Source of the DNA: a virus
Virus record (IMG/VR): IMGVR_UViG_3300049491_000383
Location: 1 to 64,000 of that record
Reading direction: 5' to 3' (one strand)
DNA: 64,000 bases
A program made the position numbers and the translations under genes. The notes below the pieces were generated by a model that was given only the letters and a program-made list of their open reading frames with translations, was not told the DNA's origin and searched no databases. Of this stretch, positions 55,919 through 64,000 are shown piece by piece (position 1 is the stretch's first letter; each line of letters begins with the position of its first letter).

Positions 55919-56589
55919 AGCATACCTACCTTCAATAAGTTAGGTTTCTTGATTCTACCAAAGAGACCTACATCATCCTTCTTTAGATTTTTAGGATCAT
56001 TAAAACCATCGTAGCCCTTAGGCAGTGTGGAGTGGTCGGTCTTAGCAGCAGGGCTTAGTGGGTTTTCGACAGTAACAACTTCGCGGTTCTTACGGACTTG
56101 TTCTAGCTCCTTAAGGAAACTTGTGTTGTACTTTTCACCATACTTCTCTGCTTCTGCACCTTCTACTTCCTCGTAGTCACTGCCCAGTCTTGTCTTGTAC
56201 TTTTTCTTATACTCTTCCGAGTTTCTGTCTAGGTACAAATCTGTCTCAATCTGGCGTGGATCATTTTCTGAGTATACCGCTACACATGCAGGCGAAATGC
56301 CCATGCAGTTGCAAAGATATGTTCTTAGAAAATCAAGGGAACCAGGATAACCTAGTGTTAGATCGCAAATGAATACCGCTGTATTCTTTACGTTTGGAAA
56401 GTCTAGAGGACTCTCCTGAATTGGGGTTTTTCTAAATGACGAGGCTGACTTCAAATCATACTTAGCTAGACCGGCTTCAAGTTGATCAATCATAACATCT
56501 GTCATTTCATTCACGGCGAATTTCAAGACATACTTGTATTCTGTCTTGGTTTCAGCAACGTAAGTAGCAAATGATTTCTTTTCTGTCAT
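55915..56589 (-). CDS. Probable head protein
   Basis: KSFATYVAE N-terminus, TPIQESPLDFP; late motif at 56610..56617. Confidence 0.72.
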   Translation of the reverse strand: MTEKKSFATYVAETKTEYKYVLKFAVNEMTDVMIDQLEAGLAKYDLKSASSFRKTPIQESPLDFPNVKNTAVFICDLTLGYPGSLDFLRTYLCNCMGISPACVAVYSENDPRQIETDLYLDRNSEEYKKKYKTRLGSDYEEVEGAEAEKYGEKYNTSFLKELEQVRKNREVVTVENPLSPAAKTDHSTLPKGYDGFNDPKNLKKDDVGLFGRIKKPNLLKVGML

Positions 56590-56608
56590 ATTCGACTCCA
56601 TGTTACGA

Positions 56609-57115
56609 CTATTTATCAGATGTTTGCGTTTTATTGGAGACAATGTATTTCAGGAGTTCATTTCTATCGAATTCGCCACCACCGGCGCCTTTACGCTCGC
56701 CGTTACCTTGATCTAGGTCGATTTGTTCTGCTCGAACCTTCTTCAACTGTAAATCAATCATCTTTAGTTTTCTTTCGGCTTTTGCATTCTTAGCCTCAAG
56801 TGCAGTCTTGAGCATCTGTCCGGCAACTTCGTAGATCTTGCCAGCATGCAAATCAGGAACATTTCCACCTAATACAATCAAATCTTCGAAAGTCTTTACT
56901 GCCTTCCTGGCAATATCATCCATTTCGCTATCGTGTGTATCCAGACCCACTACTGTAGGTAGCGCCATATCAACTTTTTCAGCAGTAGTCAGGGCGGAGT
57001 AAATCTCCCTGGCTTCTACCATTAGCTGTTCCTTAGATTTTTCAGGTAATTCTTCAACTACCTCTGCTTCAATAGTAGGGGGTAAATTGAAAAACTCTTC
57101 CATCTTCTTCGTCAT
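56609..57115 (-). CDS. Probable terminase small subunit (gp16-like)
   Basis: Helical, YEVAGQMLKT, DRNELLK; context near gp17. Confidence 0.55.
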   Translation of the reverse strand: MTKKMEEFFNLPPTIEAEVVEELPEKSKEQLMVEAREIYSALTTAEKVDMALPTVVGLDTHDSEMDDIARKAVKTFEDLIVLGGNVPDLHAGKIYEVAGQMLKTALEAKNAKAERKLKMIDLQLKKVRAEQIDLDQGNGERKGAGGGEFDRNELLKYIVSNKTQTSDK

Positions 57116-57552
57116 GCTTTCCCTTTCGGATTATTGAAGATATTACCTTCATTCATAACCCTAAATGTCATGCCATGATTTCGAGCAAACGCCTGTGCTG
57201 CCTGCCATTTGAAAGTATTCAATGCGACCGCTGCCTTAGCCCTGGGACTCTTTGCCTCTTCGAGGAATGTCTCTTTGGCTGGCTTTACCTCAATAATCTC
57301 TGCCTTTTGATTACCTTTAGCGTCTACATAAGTAACAACAAAGTCTGGCACATACACAGTGTATTTACCAGTAAATGGATTCTTGTATGGTATCTTCACG
57401 GGTTCGCTGGCCCAGCTTGTAATGTTGGGATTCGAATCAAACATAACCATCACCTTATGTTCCCACGATGAGCGAAACACAATAGGATAAGTCCCTACAT
57501 ATTTTTCTGGATGGGCGGGTGTATATTTGCCTTGAACGTATGATCTGCTCAT
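57112..57552 (-). CDS. Head completion nuclease (T4 gp4 / TnsA-like)
   Basis: P.HPEKYVG, RSSWE, WASE..IPY, YVPDF, EVKP, KWQAA. Confidence 0.88.
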   Translation of the reverse strand: MSRSYVQGKYTPAHPEKYVGTYPIVFRSSWEHKVMVMFDSNPNITSWASEPVKIPYKNPFTGKYTVYVPDFVVTYVDAKGNQKAEIIEVKPAKETFLEEAKSPRAKAAVALNTFKWQAAQAFARNHGMTFRVMNEGNIFNNPKGKA

Positions 57553-57554
57553 AG

Positions 57555-58028
57555 TTAAGACCTTATTTGACGTGCTTGTAGACTGTATCTGTTACTTGCT
57601 GAAGTAACAATACCAACTTGATTTCCGGGGTCTCTTAGATTGTTAAATGCTCTATATGCATTTTCAGAGAATAGTAACTGACCTGTAATATCAGCCTTTT
57701 CTAATAGTTCTTGTGGGGAGATTCCCATCTGTGCTGCCATATCAATAGCAAGTCCGGCCATTGTATCTGCGTACAATGAACCTACACCACGCGATAGGAA
57801 GAAACACTTAGTTGAATCAAAGGTGTTTGGGGAGTAGTTACCTACTACGCCGCCGCCAAGATCAGATTGTAGCACTGATCCTGCACTCGGAAACACTGTG
57901 TTACCCGATGCATATTTGAAGGTATTTGTAGGATTACCGTTTACGAACTTAACTGTCTTCTGCGCACCTAAATAGGTAAGCATCTGCGAGCTAAAACGGC
58001 CGATTGCTGCTACGTTTGAATTAGCCAC
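57555..58028 (-). CDS. Hypothetical tail/baseplate-associated protein
   Basis: In the tail operon. Confidence 0.65.
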   Translation of the reverse strand: MANSNVAAIGRFSSQMLTYLGAQKTVKFVNGNPTNTFKYASGNTVFPSAGSVLQSDLGGGVVGNYSPNTFDSTKCFFLSRGVGSLYADTMAGLAIDMAAQMGISPQELLEKADITGQLLFSENAYRAFNNLRDPGNQVGIVTSASNRYSLQARQIRS

Positions 58029-59289
58029 CTGGATTACCTCCGGTGCGGTTTACATCTCTATATGCTGTCGAATCCCTTGTTGCAGAAGATCCAAAGGGTC
58101 TAGTAGAAATTTTAGGTGCCGATGCCGGATGGTAAGGTGTTGGGGAAATATTTGCCAACCCATCTAATGCACTTGCGCTCACCCTGCGTACAATTTTGTC
58201 AGAGGCAAATGCTCCTGTAACTGCACCGAGACTTGATTGAACGTTTTTACCAATTCTTTGTAGGATTGGATTATCAGAATTTAGTAGAGGGTTGTTTGAC
58301 TCGATGAAATCTAGCAACCTTGCATTAAATGCTAATGCAGGTAGTTCAAGAAATTCACCGTGTTCAAATTGATCAATTGTTGAATTGTTATTTGTCTCAC
58401 CACCACCTAGCTTCAAGTTTTGAATTGTGTAATATGCATACTCATATTCAAACGTGAAAGTTAGCTCAAGTGTCTTACCGCTTTCTGCGTAGCTCAGTAC
58501 ATCGTGTGTAAATGCAGAAACTCGCGGGTTGACAAGTGTAACCTGGTTAAATCGTCCACCGTGTACCTGATAGATATCAATTTCTTGAATCAAGTTTCTA
58601 ACGTTCTGTACTGTAGGTAGGTTAAAACCAAAATAATGATTATTTAACGTATCAGCTACAATGTTTTGAGTGTCGCTTTTGCTTCCCAACTGATTTGTTG
58701 CACCCGGTTTACCCGAAAAAGGATTTCCCGAGATGATTTTCTTGATGCTTGCCGGTAGTCCTAAGATGTTAGGATTGAACGATGGAGTAATATTCTTTAA
58801 GAATTGCTCTGTTGTCATTGGACCAGACAGACCCATTGGTTTCTTAGCTTCGTTCTTTCCCGGTTCTGTACCGTCACCAAAATAGTACCTATAGTACATT
58901 TCCCAAAATTTCAATGTCTTGCCATCGGCAACGTCGTGGAAAACTACCTTAACTGGTTCAAATCCGATTTTAGTTTGGCTAAGACGCTTTCGATTATATT
59001 GATTGAGCGGAGTTGTCTCAATCTTGAAAGATGGCATTTCGATGGTCTTGACTAAAGGTTGAACTTGAGCCCAGGAAGGATTGTTGAAAAACTGTGAAAT
59101 AAACGAACTAGCCGTTCCTACATTGTTGAGCTTAATATCCATGTAGTATTCAAACGGAAAACGCGGCTGATTCCTGTATAAGGATTGCGCGTCTTGGTTG
59201 AAGTTATAGGTAGCGTGGCGAGAGTTCTTTTCATAAAAGAACCCTGCCCCTGTCAACGATGTAAAAAGACTTGAAAAGCTAGGCATCAA
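58021..59289 (-). CDS. Tail tube-like / tube initiator protein
   Basis: VKTIEMPSF...NQYNRKR..QTKI.F.PV...FHD, LVNP..AF.HD...F.YE. Confidence 0.75.
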   Translation of the reverse strand: MMPSFSSLFTSLTGAGFFYEKNSRHATYNFNQDAQSLYRNQPRFPFEYYMDIKLNNVGTASSFISQFFNNPSWAQVQPLVKTIEMPSFKIETTPLNQYNRKRLSQTKIGFEPVKVVFHDVADGKTLKFWEMYYRYYFGDGTEPGKNEAKKPMGLSGPMTTEQFLKNITPSFNPNILGLPASIKKIISGNPFSGKPGATNQLGSKSDTQNIVADTLNNHYFGFNLPTVQNVRNLIQEIDIYQVHGGRFNQVTLVNPRVSAFTHDVLSYAESGKTLELTFTFEYEYAYYTIQNLKLGGGETNNNSTIDQFEHGEFLELPALAFNARLLDFIESNNPLLNSDNPILQRIGKNVQSSLGAVTGAFASDKIVRRVSASALDGLANISPTPYHPASAPKISTRPFGSSATRDSTAYRDVNRTGGNPGG

Positions 59290-59309
59290 CCGCCTCCAAA
59301 AATTTCGGA

Positions 59310-59924
59310 TTAACCGAAAGTTGTACCACCAGTTGGGCTGGCGATATTTGGATATGGATCTCCACCGACTGTTGTACCTTGGTTGGTGTTTGGACCAGAA
59401 ACGTTTGTTGCGTTATCAAATCTAATTGTTAGAGTGACGATATTTGGGTCACCCGAAGCGTAATCACTGTCACCGGAGGCATATGCCTGAATCCAGCAAC
59501 CGTCTAGAACCCATGACTCAAGCTGTTCATTGTCAGTCCCGTCCATGGAATGGATTTCCATAGCGAACTTGTAATTGATACCAGCTACAGCACTTGTCTG
59601 TTCGAAATGGTTCATTTGCTTCTGAACCTGTGCACCAACAGATGAAATAACCGCATTGGTAATATCATCACGTAGTGTAATTTCGATTGTGTCATAGGTG
59701 TGCTTGCCCTGAATCCATGCAACCGAGTTGTATGAATCTAATTGGACTTCATTGTAGGTAATCTTTGGGCGTGTGCATGTAACCACGTTAGCAGTCATTT
59801 CTCGTAAGCCGTTATTCTCACCGAAGTTTTGCCATACGACTCTGAAACGATACTTTTGCTTCGGCTGTAGGATACCTAGCTTGTTTCCATCTAATGGAAT
59901 ACCGAACTTAGCTAAATTTGCCAT
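59310..59924 (-). CDS. Tail tube protein (gp19-like)
   Basis: PKQKYRFRV, GKHTYDTI.ITLRDD, W.L.GCW, TIRFDNA; late motif at 59953..59960. Confidence 0.88.
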   Translation of the reverse strand: MANLAKFGIPLDGNKLGILQPKQKYRFRVVWQNFGENNGLREMTANVVTCTRPKITYNEVQLDSYNSVAWIQGKHTYDTIEITLRDDITNAVISSVGAQVQKQMNHFEQTSAVAGINYKFAMEIHSMDGTDNEQLESWVLDGCWIQAYASGDSDYASGDPNIVTLTIRFDNATNVSGPNTNQGTTVGGDPYPNIASPTGGTTFG

Positions 59925-59958
59925 CTTTTTCTCCTGCTATAAAAGCTAATACTATTTA

Positions 59959-60648
59959 TCAAATCACAGAAATATTTTTACCAGGGGTCACTCCTGCGAA
60001 CTCAGTAATGACATATGATTCACCAACATCTTGGTAACATTCGTAAGGCAGAACACCTATTCCGCGATCTCCCCAGGTTAAACCCAGAGAATTTCCAACA
60101 ATCCATGAACCACCTAGTAGTTCATCATCATACCCTATAACTGTAACAGCATGGCCTTTATGTTTTCTATTATCTGTTGTATTTATACTTTTATATACTT
60201 GGTTTGAAATTGGACCCTTCAATTTCCAAAACATTCGACCTGTGTAAAGTCCCAATATAATTGGTGTTTCATTATGCAGGTAATCTTTGAATAAATCTTT
60301 TCCTGCCCAGTTATATGAACCAACTTTGTACTGGGCCGCATCTGCGAATGCCGTTGCATTAGGCTCTGTATTTGTGCGATTAAAGTGGAAGGGCCAGGTC
60401 CGGTCAGTCGCTACGCCATACAGGGACATCGAGTCCAATGCATCACGTAATTCGGCGCCATTATGGCCAATGCGATCTCTTATCTTGCGGGCCTGGTAAT
60501 AGACAAAGAGTCGAGAGAGCCTTTCCTTTTTACCTGCTGTAGCTAATATCATTTCGGCTGCCAATAAACTTGCTGATGCGGTACAGCATCCAATGTTGTG
60601 CTGGGATGGGAGGTGCGAAATGTATTTCTGTAGACTAAAAGACGACAT
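59959..60648 (-). CDS. Papain-like (C1) cysteine peptidase
   Basis: Q..IGCCTA, LSRLFVYY, GHAVTVIGYDD, NSLG..WGDRG. Confidence 0.85.
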   Translation of the reverse strand: MSSFSLQKYISHLPSQHNIGCCTASASLLAAEMILATAGKKERLSRLFVYYQARKIRDRIGHNGAELRDALDSMSLYGVATDRTWPFHFNRTNTEPNATAFADAAQYKVGSYNWAGKDLFKDYLHNETPIILGLYTGRMFWKLKGPISNQVYKSINTTDNRKHKGHAVTVIGYDDELLGGSWIVGNSLGLTWGDRGIGVLPYECYQDVGESYVITEFAGVTPGKNISVI

Positions 60649-60663
60649 CCGATATTTATCGTC

Positions 60664-60694
60664 AAAAAAATACCCGGAGAGCTTCCGGGTATTT
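60664..60694 (-). terminator. Intrinsic terminator after tail sheath
   Basis: aaatacccgga-gagct-tccgggtattt plus T7 on the minus strand. Confidence 0.85.
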
Positions 60695-60709
60695 CTATAT
60701 CAGGTTCTA

Positions 60710-63493
60710 TCAAGGTGCTGTTAAGCTGGCACCTGTGTTCTTAATTCTGATAGGAATGTAGATGAATTCGATTGCCTTGACTGGTTGAATTGCGATATCA
60801 ATCCACAATTCATTTCTGTCGATACGAGCAGGTGTGTTATTTGACAAATCGCAAACAACCAAGAAGTCGTACAAAGCGCGAAGTGTAATCAATTCTGACA
60901 AGAATCTATCAAATGCATCCTTAACTGCCTTACGTGTTGTTGTATCGTTAGGTTCGAACAAGAACGGCATTGCAAGGTTGTTAAGTTGGTAGCGCAAGTA
61001 GTTTTCTAGACGAACTACGTTGATACGATCAGTTGCGCTTGAGTATGGTTGACGTGTCTTCTGACCAAATACAACGATACCACCAGTTGGCATTACGCGA
61101 ATTGGGTTAACACCGTTTTGGTATAGAATGTCACGTTGACCCTCATTAAGCTTAACTGAAACAAACTGGCCTGACGAATTGACATAACCTACCGCGGCAG
61201 CGTTATTGACAATACCGCGTTGCAAACCTGCTGGGGCAAACCACGGATATGCGACTTGGTCGTTGTATGCAATTGTGCGTAGAGCCATATGTGTTGGTGG
61301 AACAACAACATCAACACCGTCGACGTTTGTGCTCAATCCACTTGGATACCATGCAGCAAAATACTTGCTTGCCGATACCAAACCGTCTGGTCCGTTACCA
61401 AGAGCTGAACTTGAGTTTGTTGCCCAGTTCTGAAGTGCTGTGCCAGTTGCAGCCAATGTAAATGGTGTGTCACCAAGAACAAATGCTGTATCCTTGCGGT
61501 CATCATTCAAAGCAAGCATTTCATCAATTGCCTCAACATAACCCGGTGCTGCAATCAAGTTAAAGAACAAGTCTTCTGCACGAATTTCTTCGTTAGAAAC
61601 AATATCTGACTGAATTGCACGAACAATCATAATGTTCTGTGCTGCTGCGCCCATGTAAGGTGTACCGGCTGCATTGTTTCCAGAAACATTTGACCAACGA
61701 CCCAATGAGCCATTGTTTGTGTTGTCTGGAGAAGCTGTTACGCTATCAAAGACGTATGGAGCTTGCCATTCCTTAACATTGTCTGTCGAGTAACGAGTGT
61801 TCCACAACATGAATCCCTTTGGATACAAGTCTGCATCTGGTGCATCTGGATCCAAGTCTGGGTTTCCTGGGCCACCGTTGTATTCACCAGTTCCGCCCTG
61901 TGTATAGAGTGGATTTGGACGTGCATCTGTGAAGATGATACCGTGGTTAGATGTTTGGTCTTCGTTATCAACCAATACCCATGTTGTACCATTCCAGTAA
62001 TAAATCACTGGGTACGGATCTTGATCTGTATCAACCCAAATATCGTTTGCAATCAATACTGGTGCAGGAACGTTATCGCGTGGGTCGCCGGATTGAGCAA
62101 ATAGTGTTGGATCTGCTGGTGTTGGTGGAACGTCAACGAAAGTAAAACCTTCGAGGTTAATGTTCTGCCAGCTACCTGCACCGTCAGCAATAAGAATATC
62201 TACAGTAGATTGTCCGTTGCCATCAACGCCAATTTCAGCATTGAACCATAGTTGACCGTTTACAGGACCACTTGTTGGAACTGTTGTAGAACCAATGATA
62301 ACTGCCAAAGGAGCCCATGGACCAGAAACGCCTGTTGACTTTCTGAACTCTAATGAGTTTGTTGTTGATTGCGGCAATGCACCAGAAAGAACTGGTTCAA
62401 TGTAAACCTGACCGTTTGAACCTGCTGCGTTTGTGCTGTAGTAGGTATTCGCTGCGGCGTCGTTTGCTAGGATCGGAGCTTCAACTTGAACGAATTGCAA
62501 TAGTGTTGCATCCATTCTGCGTAGGACAAGATTTGCACCTTGTGCTGCTGATCCAGTCTTAACCCAATATTCTTCAGTTGTTGTAACTGCTGTTAGGTCT
62601 GGCCATACAGATTGAATTGTGATATCAAAGTATGCTGCCACTGTTGCTGCGGACAATGCTACCGAAGGTACAGCCGACAATGTAAATTGTGTTGGGCTGT
62701 CAACAGATAGAACTGTTGTATTTGCTGCAAATGTACCTGTACCTGCTGTAATGACTGGTGTCATTCCTGCAACTAGGCCTGCGGTTGAAGTTGTTGTAAC
62801 AACTGCACCAACGGATGTTGAGCTTAGTGCTGCCGAAGTGTAAGCGGTGTTACCAATCTGACTCCAGACTGAATTTTCCTTAACCCAATATGACATTGTA
62901 CCAGAAGCTGTTTGGTAGACAACTGCGTAATCGCCGTCGACACCATCTGCAGGAACTGGAACGTTTGCAATACCTGTTGCAAAATTGTAGATGAAATCAG
63001 GTGTAACTGATGTCCAAATTTCGTTTGGAAATACACCAGCACGAACAAACAATCCGTATGCCGATCCTGTTGAGGATTCATCAAACCAATATGTTCCGAC
63101 TGCTGCCGGGCTTGTTGGTTCTACGACTGTTGGTTCAAGTTGGGTTGTGTTGATATCTGCACGAACAATTCTTACTAGGTTTGACAAACCCAAGTATGAG
63201 TAGGCTGCAAGCAATCCATATTCGTTTAGTGGGTAACCATTCAAAGATGTACCACTTACAGAGTAGAAAATTGGATCACCGAAAGTCTGAACTAAATCGC
63301 GTTGCGAAGTAATTGACCAAACCTTTCCGGCATTTGCCTTAGTTGTGCCTTCAGCTACTGATGCTCCGTCGGGAGTCGACTTATCCTGCTGAGTAGCGAT
63401 AAAAATTAGGGGTACTGTTCCTGGACCGGCACCAACATTGATACTCTGATCAATGACTGAAATGCTTACGCCTGGTGATACTAATGTAGCCAT
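60710..63493 (-). CDS. Tail sheath protein (gp18-like)
   Basis: LVSPGV, FGDP, PWFAPAG..RG, NPI, GQKT, DRINVVRL, FEPND, EFIYI. Confidence 0.94.
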   Translation of the reverse strand: MATLVSPGVSISVIDQSINVGAGPGTVPLIFIATQQDKSTPDGASVAEGTTKANAGKVWSITSQRDLVQTFGDPIFYSVSGTSLNGYPLNEYGLLAAYSYLGLSNLVRIVRADINTTQLEPTVVEPTSPAAVGTYWFDESSTGSAYGLFVRAGVFPNEIWTSVTPDFIYNFATGIANVPVPADGVDGDYAVVYQTASGTMSYWVKENSVWSQIGNTAYTSAALSSTSVGAVVTTTSTAGLVAGMTPVITAGTGTFAANTTVLSVDSPTQFTLSAVPSVALSAATVAAYFDITIQSVWPDLTAVTTTEEYWVKTGSAAQGANLVLRRMDATLLQFVQVEAPILANDAAANTYYSTNAAGSNGQVYIEPVLSGALPQSTTNSLEFRKSTGVSGPWAPLAVIIGSTTVPTSGPVNGQLWFNAEIGVDGNGQSTVDILIADGAGSWQNINLEGFTFVDVPPTPADPTLFAQSGDPRDNVPAPVLIANDIWVDTDQDPYPVIYYWNGTTWVLVDNEDQTSNHGIIFTDARPNPLYTQGGTGEYNGGPGNPDLDPDAPDADLYPKGFMLWNTRYSTDNVKEWQAPYVFDSVTASPDNTNNGSLGRWSNVSGNNAAGTPYMGAAAQNIMIVRAIQSDIVSNEEIRAEDLFFNLIAAPGYVEAIDEMLALNDDRKDTAFVLGDTPFTLAATGTALQNWATNSSSALGNGPDGLVSASKYFAAWYPSGLSTNVDGVDVVVPPTHMALRTIAYNDQVAYPWFAPAGLQRGIVNNAAAVGYVNSSGQFVSVKLNEGQRDILYQNGVNPIRVMPTGGIVVFGQKTRQPYSSATDRINVVRLENYLRYQLNNLAMPFLFEPNDTTTRKAVKDAFDRFLSELITLRALYDFLVVCDLSNNTPARIDRNELWIDIAIQPVKAIEFIYIPIRIKNTGASLTAP

Positions 63494-63536
63494 TATGGTT
63501 TAACTCCTTTGGAAGAATTATGCTTCTTGTTAGTTG

Positions 63537-63544
63537 TATTTATC
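63537..63544 (-). promoter_or_regulatory. Late promoter motif GATAAATA for tail sheath
   Basis: Intergenic and upstream of an AAGGAG SD; same motif at about 20 sites. Confidence 0.75.
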
Positions 63545-63583
63545 TAGGAGAGAGTTAAATATACGGCAAATGAAGCACCAGGA

Positions 63584-64000
63584 CTATAATATCTTCTTTA
63601 CAATTTCGTACACTTGCCTGTCCAAAGACTCTAATGTGTCATTATTATTTACCACATAGTCGAATTTAGAACCCACCCACGCCCATTCACTAAAGTGTGC
63701 GCTTGAATAGGTTTTAGTCATCGCTTCTTTGGCTAGAGAATTTCCCTTGTTTGCCATCATAGCTGTTTCATACCAGACTGGTGAAGGACCACGATCGACC
63801 CTTACCATAATTCCGCCCTGACTCTTAATAAATTCAACTTCGTTTGGGAAACGAACATCACTGATAACAACGTGCAGGTCTGGATTCTTACGAATTCTGT
63901 TTTCGAGAGTCATGAACCAGATACCTTCATTGAAATGATTACGAAGAGAGTCTGTACCAATCAACTGCAATGCAAGGCGTGGGCTGAAGTTTGGAATACC
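63584..64000 (-). CDS. Deoxynucleoside monophosphate kinase (C-terminal part; start outside the window)
   Basis: SPRLALQLIGTD, VVISDVRFPNE, H.SEW, NNDTL. Confidence 0.88.
   Translation of the reverse strand, partial: GIPNFSPRLALQLIGTDSLRNHFNEGIWFMTLENRIRKNPDLHVVISDVRFPNEVEFIKSQGGIMVRVDRGPSPVWYETAMMANKGNSLAKEAMTKTYSSAHFSEWAWVGSKFDYVVNNNDTLESLDRQVYEIVKKIL

Noticed and set aside
1-64000. Stop-codon reassignment, tRNA genes, reverse transcriptase or DGR
   Set aside because: Core genes are full length in the standard code and end in TAA, TAG or TGA; intergenic gaps are short with no cloverleaf seen; no RT motifs

Overview
The window is a 64 kb segment of a large T4-related (jumbo-type) myophage genome, densely coded and almost all on the minus strand, in the standard genetic code. 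From right to left it holds: dNMP kinase, tail sheath, a papain-like peptidase, tail tubes, head completion and terminase genes; a replication/recombination block (gp32 SSB, HNH-like endonuclease, UvsX, UvsY, UvsW, clamp-loader-like subunit, miniature DnaE-like polymerase, primase, gp41 helicase); a block of probable virion/internal head proteins including an RNA-ligase-like and a Pol-beta-type nucleotidyltransferase pair; exonuclease, nrdAB and a PAAR-like spike gene; and an accessory block (metallophosphoesterase, KTSC, cytidylyltransferase, NadM-Nudix plus NadV NAD salvage, saccharopine-dehydrogenase-like enzyme, SleB hydrolase, thyA, folE/queD, ClpX, ribosomal protein bS21, GT2 glycosyltransferase). 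A T4-like late promoter motif (xTAAATA) and several sigma70 promoters are visible. The most notable items are: a phage-encoded three-gene MotA/ExbB plus ExbD-like membrane motor cassette; a long-range 18/19-nt anti-RBS duplex on folE with a late promoter between its arms; an A10 slippery site fusing two ORFs upstream of terminase; recurring leaderless promoters; and modular head proteins punctuated by protease-like cleavage motifs. All calls come from motif recognition by eye; no database searches were run.
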